Source: an uncultured Acidimicrobiales bacterium (GTDB lineage: Bacteria > Actinomycetota > Acidimicrobiia > Acidimicrobiales > CAWCAL01). From it: DNA of 64,000 nt. The notes beneath the pieces are model-generated. The model saw nothing but the letters and a program-made list of their open reading frames with translations, made no database searches and had not been told where the DNA came from. Every line of letters begins with the position of its first letter. The first letter of the stretch is position 1. The stretch is taken from positions 213,659 to 277,658 of the forward strand of contig CAVONU010000006.1 in the NCBI GenBank assembly GCA_963697385.1, read 5' to 3'. A program made the translations under genes and the position numbers. Below, one piece after another: positions 55,641 to 63,555 of this stretch.

Positions 55641-57005
55641 ATGAGCACCCTTGACGCGCCCATGGTCGGCGCCCGCATCCCACCCCACAATCTGGATGCC
55701 GAGCAATCGGTGTTGGGAGCGATGCTGTTGTCCCGCGATGCCATCGCGGCGGTGGCCGAGACCATCGCGGCGGACGACTTCTACAAGCCGGCCCACGGTC
55801 ACGTCTACGAGGCCGTGACCGCACTGTACGGATCGGGTCATCCGGTCGATCCGGTGACCGTGGCCGAAGAGCTCGAGCGAAGCGGCCTCCTCGAGTCGGT
55901 GGGCGGGGCCGCCACGCTCATCTCCATCCAGGACCGCACCCCGGCCACCACCAACGCCAGCCGGTACGCCCAGATCGTCAGCGAGCTGGCCCTGCTTCGC
56001 CGGATGATCAGTGTCGCCAACGAGATCGCCGAGCTCGGCTACCAACGACCCGACGACGTGATCAAGGCCGTCGACGAGGCCGAGGCCCGCATCTACGACG
56101 TGGCCCAGCGTCGGCTCACCACCAGCACGGCAGCCATCCGCGACCTCCTGTCGGCCAGTCTGGACCGGCTCGAGCACCTCTACGAGCAAGGTGACGCGCT
56201 CACCGGGACACCGACGGGGTTTCTCGACCTCGACGAGCTCCTCTCGGGTCTCCAACCCAGTGCACTGGTGGTCGTCGGGGCCCGGCCCGCCATGGGCAAG
56301 ACGGCCTTCGCCCTCGGTCTGGCCGCGAACGCCGCGCTCTCCGCCGCATCGCCCCGCCCCACCCTGGTGTTCTCGCTCGAGATGAGCCAGATCGAGATCA
56401 CCCAGCGACTGTTGTGCTCTCAGGCCAAGGTCGATGCCACCCGTATCCGCAACGGCAAGCTCAGCGCCGACGACTGGACCAAGATCTCCCACACCGTCGG
56501 ACGCCTGGCCGAAGCGCCCATCTGGATCGACGACAACCCCAACGTCTCGGTCATGGAGATCCGCTCGAAGGCCCGCCGGCTCAAGAGCAAGATCGGCGAT
56601 CTCGGGTTGATCGTCGTCGACTACATCCAGCTCATGTCCGGCCGGTCGGGGGCCGAGAGTCGCCAGGTCGAAGTGGCCGAGATCAGTCGGGGGCTCAAGA
56701 TCCTGGCTCGGGAGCTCGAGGTGCCGGTGGTGGCGTTGGCCCAGCTCAACCGCGGGTTGGAGGCCCGGACCGAGAAGCGGCCGATGCTGTCGGATCTGCG
56801 CGAGTCCGGCTCGCTCGAGCAGGACGCCGACGTGGTGATGTTCCTCTACCGTGACGAGGTGTACAACCCTGAGTCGGCCGACGCGGGCATGGCCGAAGTG
56901 CTGGTGGCCAAACACCGCGCCGGTCCCACCGGGCTCATCCGTCTGGCGTTCAACGGCAAGTACACGCTGTTCGAGAACATGGCGAAGAGCTCCACCCCTC
57001 GCTGA
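55641..57005 (+). CDS. dnaB: Replicative DNA helicase DnaB (no intein)
   Basis: Start set at ATG 55641 (AAGGTGG 5 nt upstream). The track ORF begins at TTG 55596. Motifs PPHNLDAEQSVLGAML, Walker A GARPAMGKT, and LSDLRESGSLEQDAD. Confidence 0.95.
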   Translation: MSTLDAPMVGARIPPHNLDAEQSVLGAMLLSRDAIAAVAETIAADDFYKPAHGHVYEAVTALYGSGHPVDPVTVAEELERSGLLESVGGAATLISIQDRTPATTNASRYAQIVSELALLRRMISVANEIAELGYQRPDDVIKAVDEAEARIYDVAQRRLTTSTAAIRDLLSASLDRLEHLYEQGDALTGTPTGFLDLDELLSGLQPSALVVVGARPAMGKTAFALGLAANAALSAASPRPTLVFSLEMSQIEITQRLLCSQAKVDATRIRNGKLSADDWTKISHTVGRLAEAPIWIDDNPNVSVMEIRSKARRLKSKIGDLGLIVVDYIQLMSGRSGAESRQVEVAEISRGLKILARELEVPVVALAQLNRGLEARTEKRPMLSDLRESGSLEQDADVVMFLYRDEVYNPESADAGMAEVLVAKHRAGPTGLIRLAFNGKYTLFENMAKSSTPR

Positions 57006-57017
57006 CGCTCGGCTCGC

Positions 57018-58199
57018 TCAGGGTCCCTCAGCGGCCGTCGGGGGGAGGGCCGGGAGGCCGATCCAGCGGGGGGCCAGGCGACGGCCCAGGAGGACCATGC
57101 CGGCCAGGACCGCCGCCGGGCCCATGACCCAGACGGGCCGGGTGATCCACCAGGCGGCGCTGGGTTCGGTGATCAGGTCGGGCCCGAGTCCGGTCCAGAG
57201 CCCGATGAACAGCACGAGTGCCGTCATGTGCCAGGTGAAGATGGTCATGGCGCCGACGTTGGCGGCCACCACGGTCTTCCAGACCCTGCGCCGGGCGAGG
57301 ATCCGCCGGAGGAGCGGCGTGGCCAGGATCGTGAGTCCCAGCTGAAGCACGGCCACGACGGCGATCGGAGCCGTCGTGGGGTTCATGTTGGAGATCGCCG
57401 TCGACTCGGTGGCCACCATGGAGCCCGGGTAGGGGCCGAGGCCGGTCACCGCCGCAAGGGTGAGCAGCGAACCGATGACCAGGAGGGGAGCGTGGCGGGT
57501 CAACCGCCCGTCACGCCAGTGGTACCCGAGCTGGTGAGCGAAGGTGAAGACCAGGAGGACGTTGATCCAACCGATGGCGGACCAGCCGCTGGCGAAGCGC
57601 ACGATGTCGACCGTCACGATCGCGCCGGCGAGCGCCGCCAGGGTGGCGAACGGCGCTCGTCGGTGGAGCCGGGCCGTGCGCGGTGCCAGCACACTGACCG
57701 CGGCGAACACGCCGATGAACCAGAGCGGCACGAACACGACGGATCCCCACTCGAGGACCGACCGGTGGGCTCCACCTCGCAGGAGGAGTCCGATGGCATC
57801 CACGACCGCCCAGACCCCGAGCATCGGGAGGAGGGGCAGGAGGAGCCGCCGGGCTCGCTCCCGGGCGAAGGCGGGGAGCGATCGAGATCGATGACGGAGC
57901 GACGTGAGGTTGGCGTAGCCGCCGACGACGAAGAAGAGCGGCATGACCTGCAGAATCCAGGTCAGCAGCCAACCTCCGGGGATGGCGTCGATCGGGTTCG
58001 GCATGCTCAGCGTGCCGGCATCGCTCCACCGGAGCACGGACATGGACCAGTGCCAGAGGACGACCACGAGGATGGAACCGGCTCGCATGGCGTCGACGAC
58101 GCGATCCCGGTCGGTCGGCGTGGCGCCGACAAGATGGTCGAGTGCGGTGGTGGGAAGGGCCATGGCCCGATGATCGCCCGATCCGAGCCTCCTCCCCAT
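57018..58199 (-). CDS. Acyltransferase family 3 (OafA-like) membrane protein
   Basis: Multi-TM protein. The N-terminal ..DRVVDAMRAGSILVVVLWHW.. is typical of acyltransferase_3. Start is ATG 58199 (GAAGGA 4 nt upstream) or ATG 58163. The track ORF is over-long. Confidence 0.8.
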   Translation of the reverse strand: MGRRLGSGDHRAMALPTTALDHLVGATPTDRDRVVDAMRAGSILVVVLWHWSMSVLRWSDAGTLSMPNPIDAIPGGWLLTWILQVMPLFFVVGGYANLTSLRHRSRSLPAFARERARRLLLPLLPMLGVWAVVDAIGLLLRGGAHRSVLEWGSVVFVPLWFIGVFAAVSVLAPRTARLHRRAPFATLAALAGAIVTVDIVRFASGWSAIGWINVLLVFTFAHQLGYHWRDGRLTRHAPLLVIGSLLTLAAVTGLGPYPGSMVATESTAISNMNPTTAPIAVVAVLQLGLTILATPLLRRILARRRVWKTVVAANVGAMTIFTWHMTALVLFIGLWTGLGPDLITEPSAAWWITRPVWVMGPAAVLAGMVLLGRRLAPRWIGLPALPPTAAEGP

Positions 58200-58260
58200 C
58201 GGGTCCTTCCCCCAACGGCGCCTGGGGGGTGCCCAGACCCGCGCGTCGTCGGCCTGGACG

Positions 58261-58294
58261 CGAAAGCGGCGGCCCCGGGGGGCCGCCGGTTTCG
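58261..58294. other. Long GC-rich hairpin in the 365-bp spacer
   Basis: CGAAAGCGGCGGCCC-cggg-GGGCCGCCGGTTTCG. A 9-bp GC stem is extended by 5 more pairs across one G-G mismatch. Function unknown. Confidence 0.4.
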
Positions 58295-58564
58295 TTCTGG
58301 GGGGAGAGGGGGGGGTGGAGTAGAGGCCACGAAGGCGCCAACACATTGCTGTGTTGGTGGCGATGCGATTGGAGGGAGTGCGACCTCCACCCCGAATCCC
58401 CATTTCACCGGTGAGGGCGAAGTTCACCGGCACTAGATTCATCGGCGTTCCGGCGAGAAGCTTGAGAGGGAATTCTGGATGTGACGCGAATTCTTCGCCC
58501 GGCCCCGGCGGGTGCGACGATGTGATCAGCGGGATCTCGCCCGTGACGGAGCCGGGAGGCTGCT

Positions 58565-58771
58565 GTGTTTCTGCTCGGTGACGACCTGCTCCCGTGGCTG
58601 TTGCTCGCCCTGGGAGGTGCGCTCTTGGTGGGCAACGTCCTGGCGCTGGTCCGACCACCGGCACACCGCGAAGAGGGGGATCTCGAACGCCCACCGTTCG
58701 CCCGGAGCGTCACGATGGCCGTGGTCGGCGGTGTGGCGGCGGTCTGGGCCCTCGCCAGCCTGTTGGCGTGA
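58565..58771 (+). CDS. Small two-TM membrane protein (68 aa), hypothetical
   Basis: GTG start with GGGAGG 8 nt upstream. Helices LLPWLLLALGGALLVGNVLALV and VTMAVVGGVAAVWALASLLA. Sits just upstream of the ATPase pair. Confidence 0.4.
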   Translation: MFLLGDDLLPWLLLALGGALLVGNVLALVRPPAHREEGDLERPPFARSVTMAVVGGVAAVWALASLLA

Positions 58772-58805
58772 GACCCGTCGGCAGCGGTCCCGCTACGGTG
58801 CGGTG

Positions 58806-59591
58806 ATGACGGACGCGGCGCCGACGCACCCTCCCGTGCTGGAGACGCGCGGGCTGAGCGTTCGGTTCGGCGGAGTCACCGCATTGGCCGATGTCTCGAT
58901 CGACCTGAGCCGGGGTGAGCTCGTGGGGCTGATCGGGCCCAACGGAGCGGGGAAGACCACGGCGGTCAATGCGATGTGCGGGTTCGTGCCCCACGAGGGC
59001 AGCGTGCTCCTCGACGGCCGCGATCTGTCCGCCCGCAGCCCGCACGCCCGCGCCCGCGCCGGACTGGCTCGCACCTGGCAGTCACTCGAGTTGTTCGATG
59101 ACCTGACGGTCGCGGAGAACTGTCAGGTCGCCAGCGAGCCACAGAACCTCGCGACCCTCCTCCGGGACGCGGTCGGGATCAGGAGCCGGACCCTGCCGAC
59201 CTCGGTCGAGCGTGCGCTCGAGGCCCTCGGCCTGACCGACGACGCACATCGTCGACCGGCCGAACTGTCGTTGGGTCAACGCAAGCGGGTGGGCGTCGCC
59301 CGCGCCCTGGCCGCCGACCCCGAGGTCGTCCTGCTCGACGAGCCCGCGGCGGGACTGGACTCGGACGAGAGTCGACGGTTCGGGGGGTTGCTGGAGCGGC
59401 TCGTGGCCGAATCGGGTCGGTCGATCCTGCTCATCGACCATGACATGGGGCTGGTGCTGTCGACGTGCACCCGGGTGTACGTCCTGGAATCCGGTGGGCT
59501 GCTGGCCAGCGGGACGCCGACCGAGGTTCGTCATGATCCGCAGGTGATCAGCGCGTATCTCGGTGCTGATGCCGAGGTCGAGTCGCCGTGA
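58806..59591 (+). CDS. ABC transporter ATP-binding protein, LivG/UrtD type
   Basis: ATG 58806. Walker A GPNGAGKTT, signature LSLGQRKRV, Walker B LLDEPAAG, and a LivG-type C-terminal ..VISAYLG. Confidence 0.9.
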   Translation: MTDAAPTHPPVLETRGLSVRFGGVTALADVSIDLSRGELVGLIGPNGAGKTTAVNAMCGFVPHEGSVLLDGRDLSARSPHARARAGLARTWQSLELFDDLTVAENCQVASEPQNLATLLRDAVGIRSRTLPTSVERALEALGLTDDAHRRPAELSLGQRKRVGVARALAADPEVVLLDEPAAGLDSDESRRFGGLLERLVAESGRSILLIDHDMGLVLSTCTRVYVLESGGLLASGTPTEVRHDPQVISAYLGADAEVESP

Positions 59592-60298
59592 GCCCGGTCT
59601 TGGAACTGCGGGATCTGCGCGCCGGATACGAACGGGTGGCCGTCGTGCGCGATCTGTCGCTGGAGGTGGCGGCCGGCGAGGTCGTGGCGCTCCTGGGACC
59701 GAGTGGCGCCGGAAAGACCACCACGCTGCTCACGGTGTCGCAGCTCCTCGACCCCTTGGCCGGCGAGGTGATGTTCCTCGGATCGTCGATCGTCGGAAAA
59801 CGGCCGAGTGCCGTGGCTCGCCTCGGACTCGCCCATGTTCCTGAGGAACGGGGTGTCTTCGTCGGGCTCACCACGCGGGAGAACCTCACCGTCGGCGTGC
59901 GCGGACGCAAGACCGATCTCGATCCGATCGTCGACCTCTTTCCGGCGCTGGGTCGGCTGATGGACCGGCAGGCCGGATTGCTCTCGGGCGGCGAACAACA
60001 GATGCTCGCCATCGGTCGTGCCCTCGTGCAGCAACCGCTGCTGCTGATGGTGGACGAGTTGTCGCTCGGACTGGCTCCGGTGATCGTCGACCGGCTTTTA
60101 CCGGTGCTGCACCGAGTGGCACGCGAACGGGACACGGCGGTCCTCATCGTGGAGCAACAGGTCCAGGCGGCGCTGCGCCACGCGGACCGCGCCTACGTGC
60201 TCAATCACGGCGAGTTGGTGGTCAGCGGCACGGCGGCCGACTTGGCGGCTGACGATCGGCTTCTCGCGTCCAGCTATCTGGGAGACCTCGACGGCTGA
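59588..60298 (+). CDS. ABC transporter ATP-binding protein, LivF/UrtE type
   Basis: GTGA overlap with the upstream gene. Walker A GPSGAGKTT, signature LSGGEQQML, Walker B MVDELSLGLAP. Confidence 0.9.
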   Translation: MSPVLELRDLRAGYERVAVVRDLSLEVAAGEVVALLGPSGAGKTTTLLTVSQLLDPLAGEVMFLGSSIVGKRPSAVARLGLAHVPEERGVFVGLTTRENLTVGVRGRKTDLDPIVDLFPALGRLMDRQAGLLSGGEQQMLAIGRALVQQPLLLMVDELSLGLAPVIVDRLLPVLHRVARERDTAVLIVEQQVQAALRHADRAYVLNHGELVVSGTAADLAADDRLLASSYLGDLDG

Positions 60299-60308
60299 GA
60301 CCGGCGCG

Positions 60309-60791
60309 TCAGATCACCAGCGGATCGTCGGGGAGGACGCCGAGGACCTTCGTGAGCCGTCCGAGACCGAGGAAACTGGCGACACACACCATCAGGTCGA
60401 GGATCTCCGCATCGGAGAACTCGTCCTTCATCCGACCGAGGAGATCGTCGTCGATACGGTGATGCTCGAGAGCGAAGCGCTCGGCGAACTCGATGGCCAG
60501 CTTCTCACGGACGGTGAAATCGTCTCGATCGCGCCACTCGTGGACGTGGCGGTAGTGCTCTTCGCTCTCGGGGAGCTGCATCAACGATGCAGCGCGGGTA
60601 TCCAGTCAGACGGGGCAGTCGTTGATCTGGGCGATACGCATGCGGGCCATCTCGCGTTCGTTGACCGGAAGTTCGCTGCGCTCGTACACCATGGCCGAGA
60701 ACTTCGCCGCCGCGTGGCCCATGGCGGGGTTGATGGACCACACCCGGATGAGCTCGTCGCCTTCACCGTCCGGCACGTCGAGGGTTGCCAC
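60309..60791 (-). CDS. Carboxymuconolactone decarboxylase/AhpD-like protein with one in-frame TGA (60606-60608): candidate selenoprotein (C-P-V-U), or a pseudogene
   Basis: GTG 60791 (GAGGAG 7 nt upstream) to the stop at 60309 is one frame of 161 codons with a single internal TGA, in ..RIAQINDCPV*LDTRAAS.. An 8-bp hairpin starts 12 nt downstream of the TGA. The track shows the two halves as 60606.. and 60309..60584. Confidence 0.55.
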
Positions 60792-60805
60792 GGTCGATCT
60801 CCTCT

Positions 60806-62242
60806 TCACGATGTTGTGCCGAGTGTAGAAGGAACTCGGCCGGCCGATCGCGTGTGCCACAGACGGATGGCGGCGTACGCACGCCAGGGCTGCCAGGCGT
60901 CGAAGGCGGCGTCGACCTCGGCCGACGACGGTCGGCGCCCCGCCTGCTCCAGCGCGGCCCGGAGCGCGATGTCGCCGGACGGAAACGCGTTGCGATCGCC
61001 CAGGGAGCGCATGGCGATGGAGGACGCGGTCCAGGGTCCGATCCCCGGCAGCGCGAGCAGTTGATGCACGATCTCGTCGGCCGGTCGCCGGTCGTCCATC
61101 ACGAGGTCCTCGTTGGCAACCGCCCGGCTGAGCGCGAGGATCGAGCGGGCGCGCGCCAGCGGCATGCCGAACGAACCGGGATCTGCGCCGGCCAGCACCT
61201 CGGGCGCGGGCCAGACCCGGCGGACGGTCCCGTCCGGTGCCGTCACGGTCGTCCCGTGGGATTCGACCAGCCGCCCCGCCAACGTCGTGGCGGCGGTCAC
61301 GGTCACCTGCTGACCGAGGATCGCTCGCACGGCGATCTCGAAGGGATCCCAGGCGCCGGGGACACGCATCCCCGGGTGGGCCCGGACCGACGGAGCCAGG
61401 ATCGGGTCCGAGCCGAGGTCGTGGTCGACCGCCTCGATGGGCGCATCGAGGTCGAAGAGCCGTCGAGCCCGTTCGACGAGGTGATGCAGCGAGCGGTAGC
61501 TGGGGAGGAGCACCCGCATGCGGACGTCGGGCGAGTCGGGCAACGCTTCGACGTGCACGATGCCCGGGGCCCCGTGGGTCGTGATCGTGCGCTGGTAGGA
61601 CGTGGCGGTCACGATCTCCACGCCGGGGACCGCTCGAGCGCCGAGGAAGTCGAAGAGCGCGCCGAACGCCATCGGCGCGCGCCCGGGCAGGCGCAGGACC
61701 AGGGCGCCGTCGGCCGCCGGTTCCGACCGGACGGGGGCGCGGCGTCGCATGTCGGTCGGGGTGCGACGGAAGACCGATCGGACGACCCGGTTCATCTGGC
61801 GGACGCTGTTGAACCCCGCCGCGAAGGCGACGTCGCAGACGGGCAGCTCCGATTCGTCGAGCAGCCGCTTCGCCAGGTGGGCTCGGCGCGAGCGAGCGAC
61901 CTGATCGGGGCTCGCCCCGACGTGCTGATGGAAGAGCCGCCGCAGATGTCGATCGCTGACCCCGAGCTCCCGGGCGAGCGCATCGGTGGGTGCCGCGTCG
62001 AGCGCTCCGGCTGCGATCATGCGGAGCGCTCGGCACACCAGGTCCGGCGCGTCGTCGCCACCGGTCGGTTGCGGCGCGTGCTCAGGTCGGCAGCGACGGC
62101 ATGGCCGATAGCCGTCGGCCTCGGCCGCTGCGGGGTAGACGTAGTCCCGCACGTTGCGAGCGAGCGGCGACGCCGGGCAGCCGTCACGGCAGTAGATCCC
62201 GGTGGTGACCACGGCGTGGAAACCGGCAGCGGACTGTTCCAT
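60806..62242 (-). CDS. alkA: Ada-AlkA fusion: Ada Zn methyl-acceptor domain, AraC-type HTH, and DNA-3-methyladenine glycosylase II (HhH-GPD)
   Basis: 478 aa. Four-Cys Ada motif (IYCRDGCP...YRPCRRCRP), an HTH (..VAFAAGFNSVRQMNRV..), and C-terminal AlkA-like LPGIGPWTA. Confidence 0.9.
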   Translation of the reverse strand: MEQSAAGFHAVVTTGIYCRDGCPASPLARNVRDYVYPAAAEADGYRPCRRCRPEHAPQPTGGDDAPDLVCRALRMIAAGALDAAPTDALARELGVSDRHLRRLFHQHVGASPDQVARSRRAHLAKRLLDESELPVCDVAFAAGFNSVRQMNRVVRSVFRRTPTDMRRRAPVRSEPAADGALVLRLPGRAPMAFGALFDFLGARAVPGVEIVTATSYQRTITTHGAPGIVHVEALPDSPDVRMRVLLPSYRSLHHLVERARRLFDLDAPIEAVDHDLGSDPILAPSVRAHPGMRVPGAWDPFEIAVRAILGQQVTVTAATTLAGRLVESHGTTVTAPDGTVRRVWPAPEVLAGADPGSFGMPLARARSILALSRAVANEDLVMDDRRPADEIVHQLLALPGIGPWTASSIAMRSLGDRNAFPSGDIALRAALEQAGRRPSSAEVDAAFDAWQPWRAYAAIRLWHTRSAGRVPSTLGTTS

Positions 62243-62297
62243 GGCTGAGTTCTAACCCGTCGTACTGCGTCGCGCTGGTCAGATCCGGACAGACCGG

Positions 62298-62309
62298 CGG
62301 ACCGGTCCG
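62298..62309. promoter_or_regulatory. 12-bp perfect palindrome in the divergent ada-alkA / ogt spacer (candidate operator)
   Basis: CGGACCGGTCCG, flanked by GATCCGG direct repeats (62282 and 62310). Confidence 0.25.
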
Positions 62310-62389
62310 GATCCGGCCAGCGGCGTGCGGATGGATCGGTCAGGATGGCGGTGGTTCCGAAGAGACCGACAGCCCAAGGAGCGACGCCG

Positions 62390-62947
62390 ATGCAGCAACT
62401 CGAGGTCACGACGATGGCGAGCCCCGTGGGCCCACTCGTGGTGGGAGCCCGATCGGGTCGTGTGTGCCTCGTGGCGTTCGGCTCGGATGCCGACACCGTC
62501 ATCAGCCGTCTGGAACGCCATGTCGGGTCGATGGAACGGGTCGAGCATCCCGACCCTGGCGGGGCGGTATCGGTCCTGGACCGGTACTTCGCCGGCGATA
62601 TCGAGGCGATCGACGACCTCGAACTCGATTCCATCGGGACCGAGTTCCAGCGGTCGGTCTGGAGCGCGCTGCGGGCCGTCCCCGCCGGTCGGACGACGTC
62701 GTATCGGGAGATCGCGGCGGCGATCGACACACCCGGGGCGGTGCGGGCCGTCGGATCGGCCAACGGTGCCAACCCGATCGTCGTGATCGTCCCGTGTCAC
62801 CGGGTGGTGCGGAGCGACGGTTCGCTGGGCGGCTACGGGGGAGGTCTGGACCGGAAGCGGTGGCTCCTGGCCCACGAGGATGCGGGTGCCTCCAGCCTGT
62901 GGCCTCCCGCACCCGTCGAGGAGTCGACGGCGGCGATCCACCGCTAG
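62390..62947 (+). CDS. ogt: Methylated-DNA--protein-cysteine methyltransferase
   Basis: ATG 62390 with AAGGAG 8 nt upstream. Active site IVVPCHRVV. Motifs ..TEFQRSVWSAL..VPAGRTTSY.EIA. Confidence 0.92.
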   Translation: MQQLEVTTMASPVGPLVVGARSGRVCLVAFGSDADTVISRLERHVGSMERVEHPDPGGAVSVLDRYFAGDIEAIDDLELDSIGTEFQRSVWSALRAVPAGRTTSYREIAAAIDTPGAVRAVGSANGANPIVVIVPCHRVVRSDGSLGGYGGGLDRKRWLLAHEDAGASSLWPPAPVEESTAAIHR

Positions 62948-62956
62948 CCTCCCCCG

Positions 62957-63427
62957 ATGGCAGCGCAGGGCACGCAGGGGTTCCGGACCCCGCCGCGATG
63001 GATGATTCCGTGGATCACGCGTGTCACGATCCCGCTGTATCGCGGGACCCAGGGGCGCATCGGCGGCACCCAGCGAGGGATGGATCACGTCCTGCTGACG
63101 ACCGTCGGGCGGCGGTCAGGACAGCCGCACACGGTCTGCCTTCCGATCTGGCGCGATGGTGACGGTGCGCCGATCGTGGTGGCATCGTACGCAGGAGCCG
63201 AGCGGCACCCGGCGTGGTATCACAACCTCAGGGACCGGGACGCCAATCCGACGGTCTCGGTGGTGAATCGGGCCGATCGCTACGACGCTCGGGCCGAGGT
63301 GCTGGAGGGCGGCGCCCGGAGCCGGACCTGGGAAGCGCTGGTCGCCGACAGGCCGTTCTACGCCGACTACCAGTCCGCCGTCGACCGCACGATTCCGCTC
63401 GTCAGGCTGGTCAGAACCCAGGGCTGA
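62957..63427 (+). CDS. Deazaflavin (F420)-dependent nitroreductase family protein (DDN/PNPOx-like)
   Basis: 156 aa. Motifs ..LLTTVGRRSGQPHT..L......G...VVAS.AGA..HPAWYHNL. Confidence 0.85.
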   Translation: MAAQGTQGFRTPPRWMIPWITRVTIPLYRGTQGRIGGTQRGMDHVLLTTVGRRSGQPHTVCLPIWRDGDGAPIVVASYAGAERHPAWYHNLRDRDANPTVSVVNRADRYDARAEVLEGGARSRTWEALVADRPFYADYQSAVDRTIPLVRLVRTQG

Positions 63428-63555
63428 GGTCGACCTGGGTCCACCCCGGTGTGGTGGTTGGGCAAAACGACCCCACCGGCAAGGGTTCGGCCCCCGGACG
63501 GCCGATACCACGGGTCGAGGAGCAGTCTCCTCCCCGTGTCGGAAGACCGAGCCAG

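Noticed and set aside
55641-57005. Intein in dnaB, which is common in actinobacteria
   Set aside because: The protein is 454 aa and its helicase motifs are contiguous. There is no insertion.
58288-58400. 6C RNA or another C-rich-loop sRNA on the minus strand of the G-tract region
   Set aside because: The C-runs fall in a predicted single-stranded tail rather than in two hairpin loops. I could not reproduce the 6C architecture.
58351-58581. 76-aa ORF inside the 365-bp spacer
   Set aside because: It has an odd composition (MLVAMRLEGVRPPPRIPISP...), low GC3 and no RBS. The region is better explained as non-coding structured DNA or RNA.
63428-63555. Possible c-di-GMP (GEMM-I-like) riboswitch upstream of the partial membrane gene, prompted by GGCAAAAC and GGACGG words
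   Set aside because: The conserved ACGCAAAGC core and the GNRA tetraloop/receptor arrangement that I recall are absent. Only short words match.
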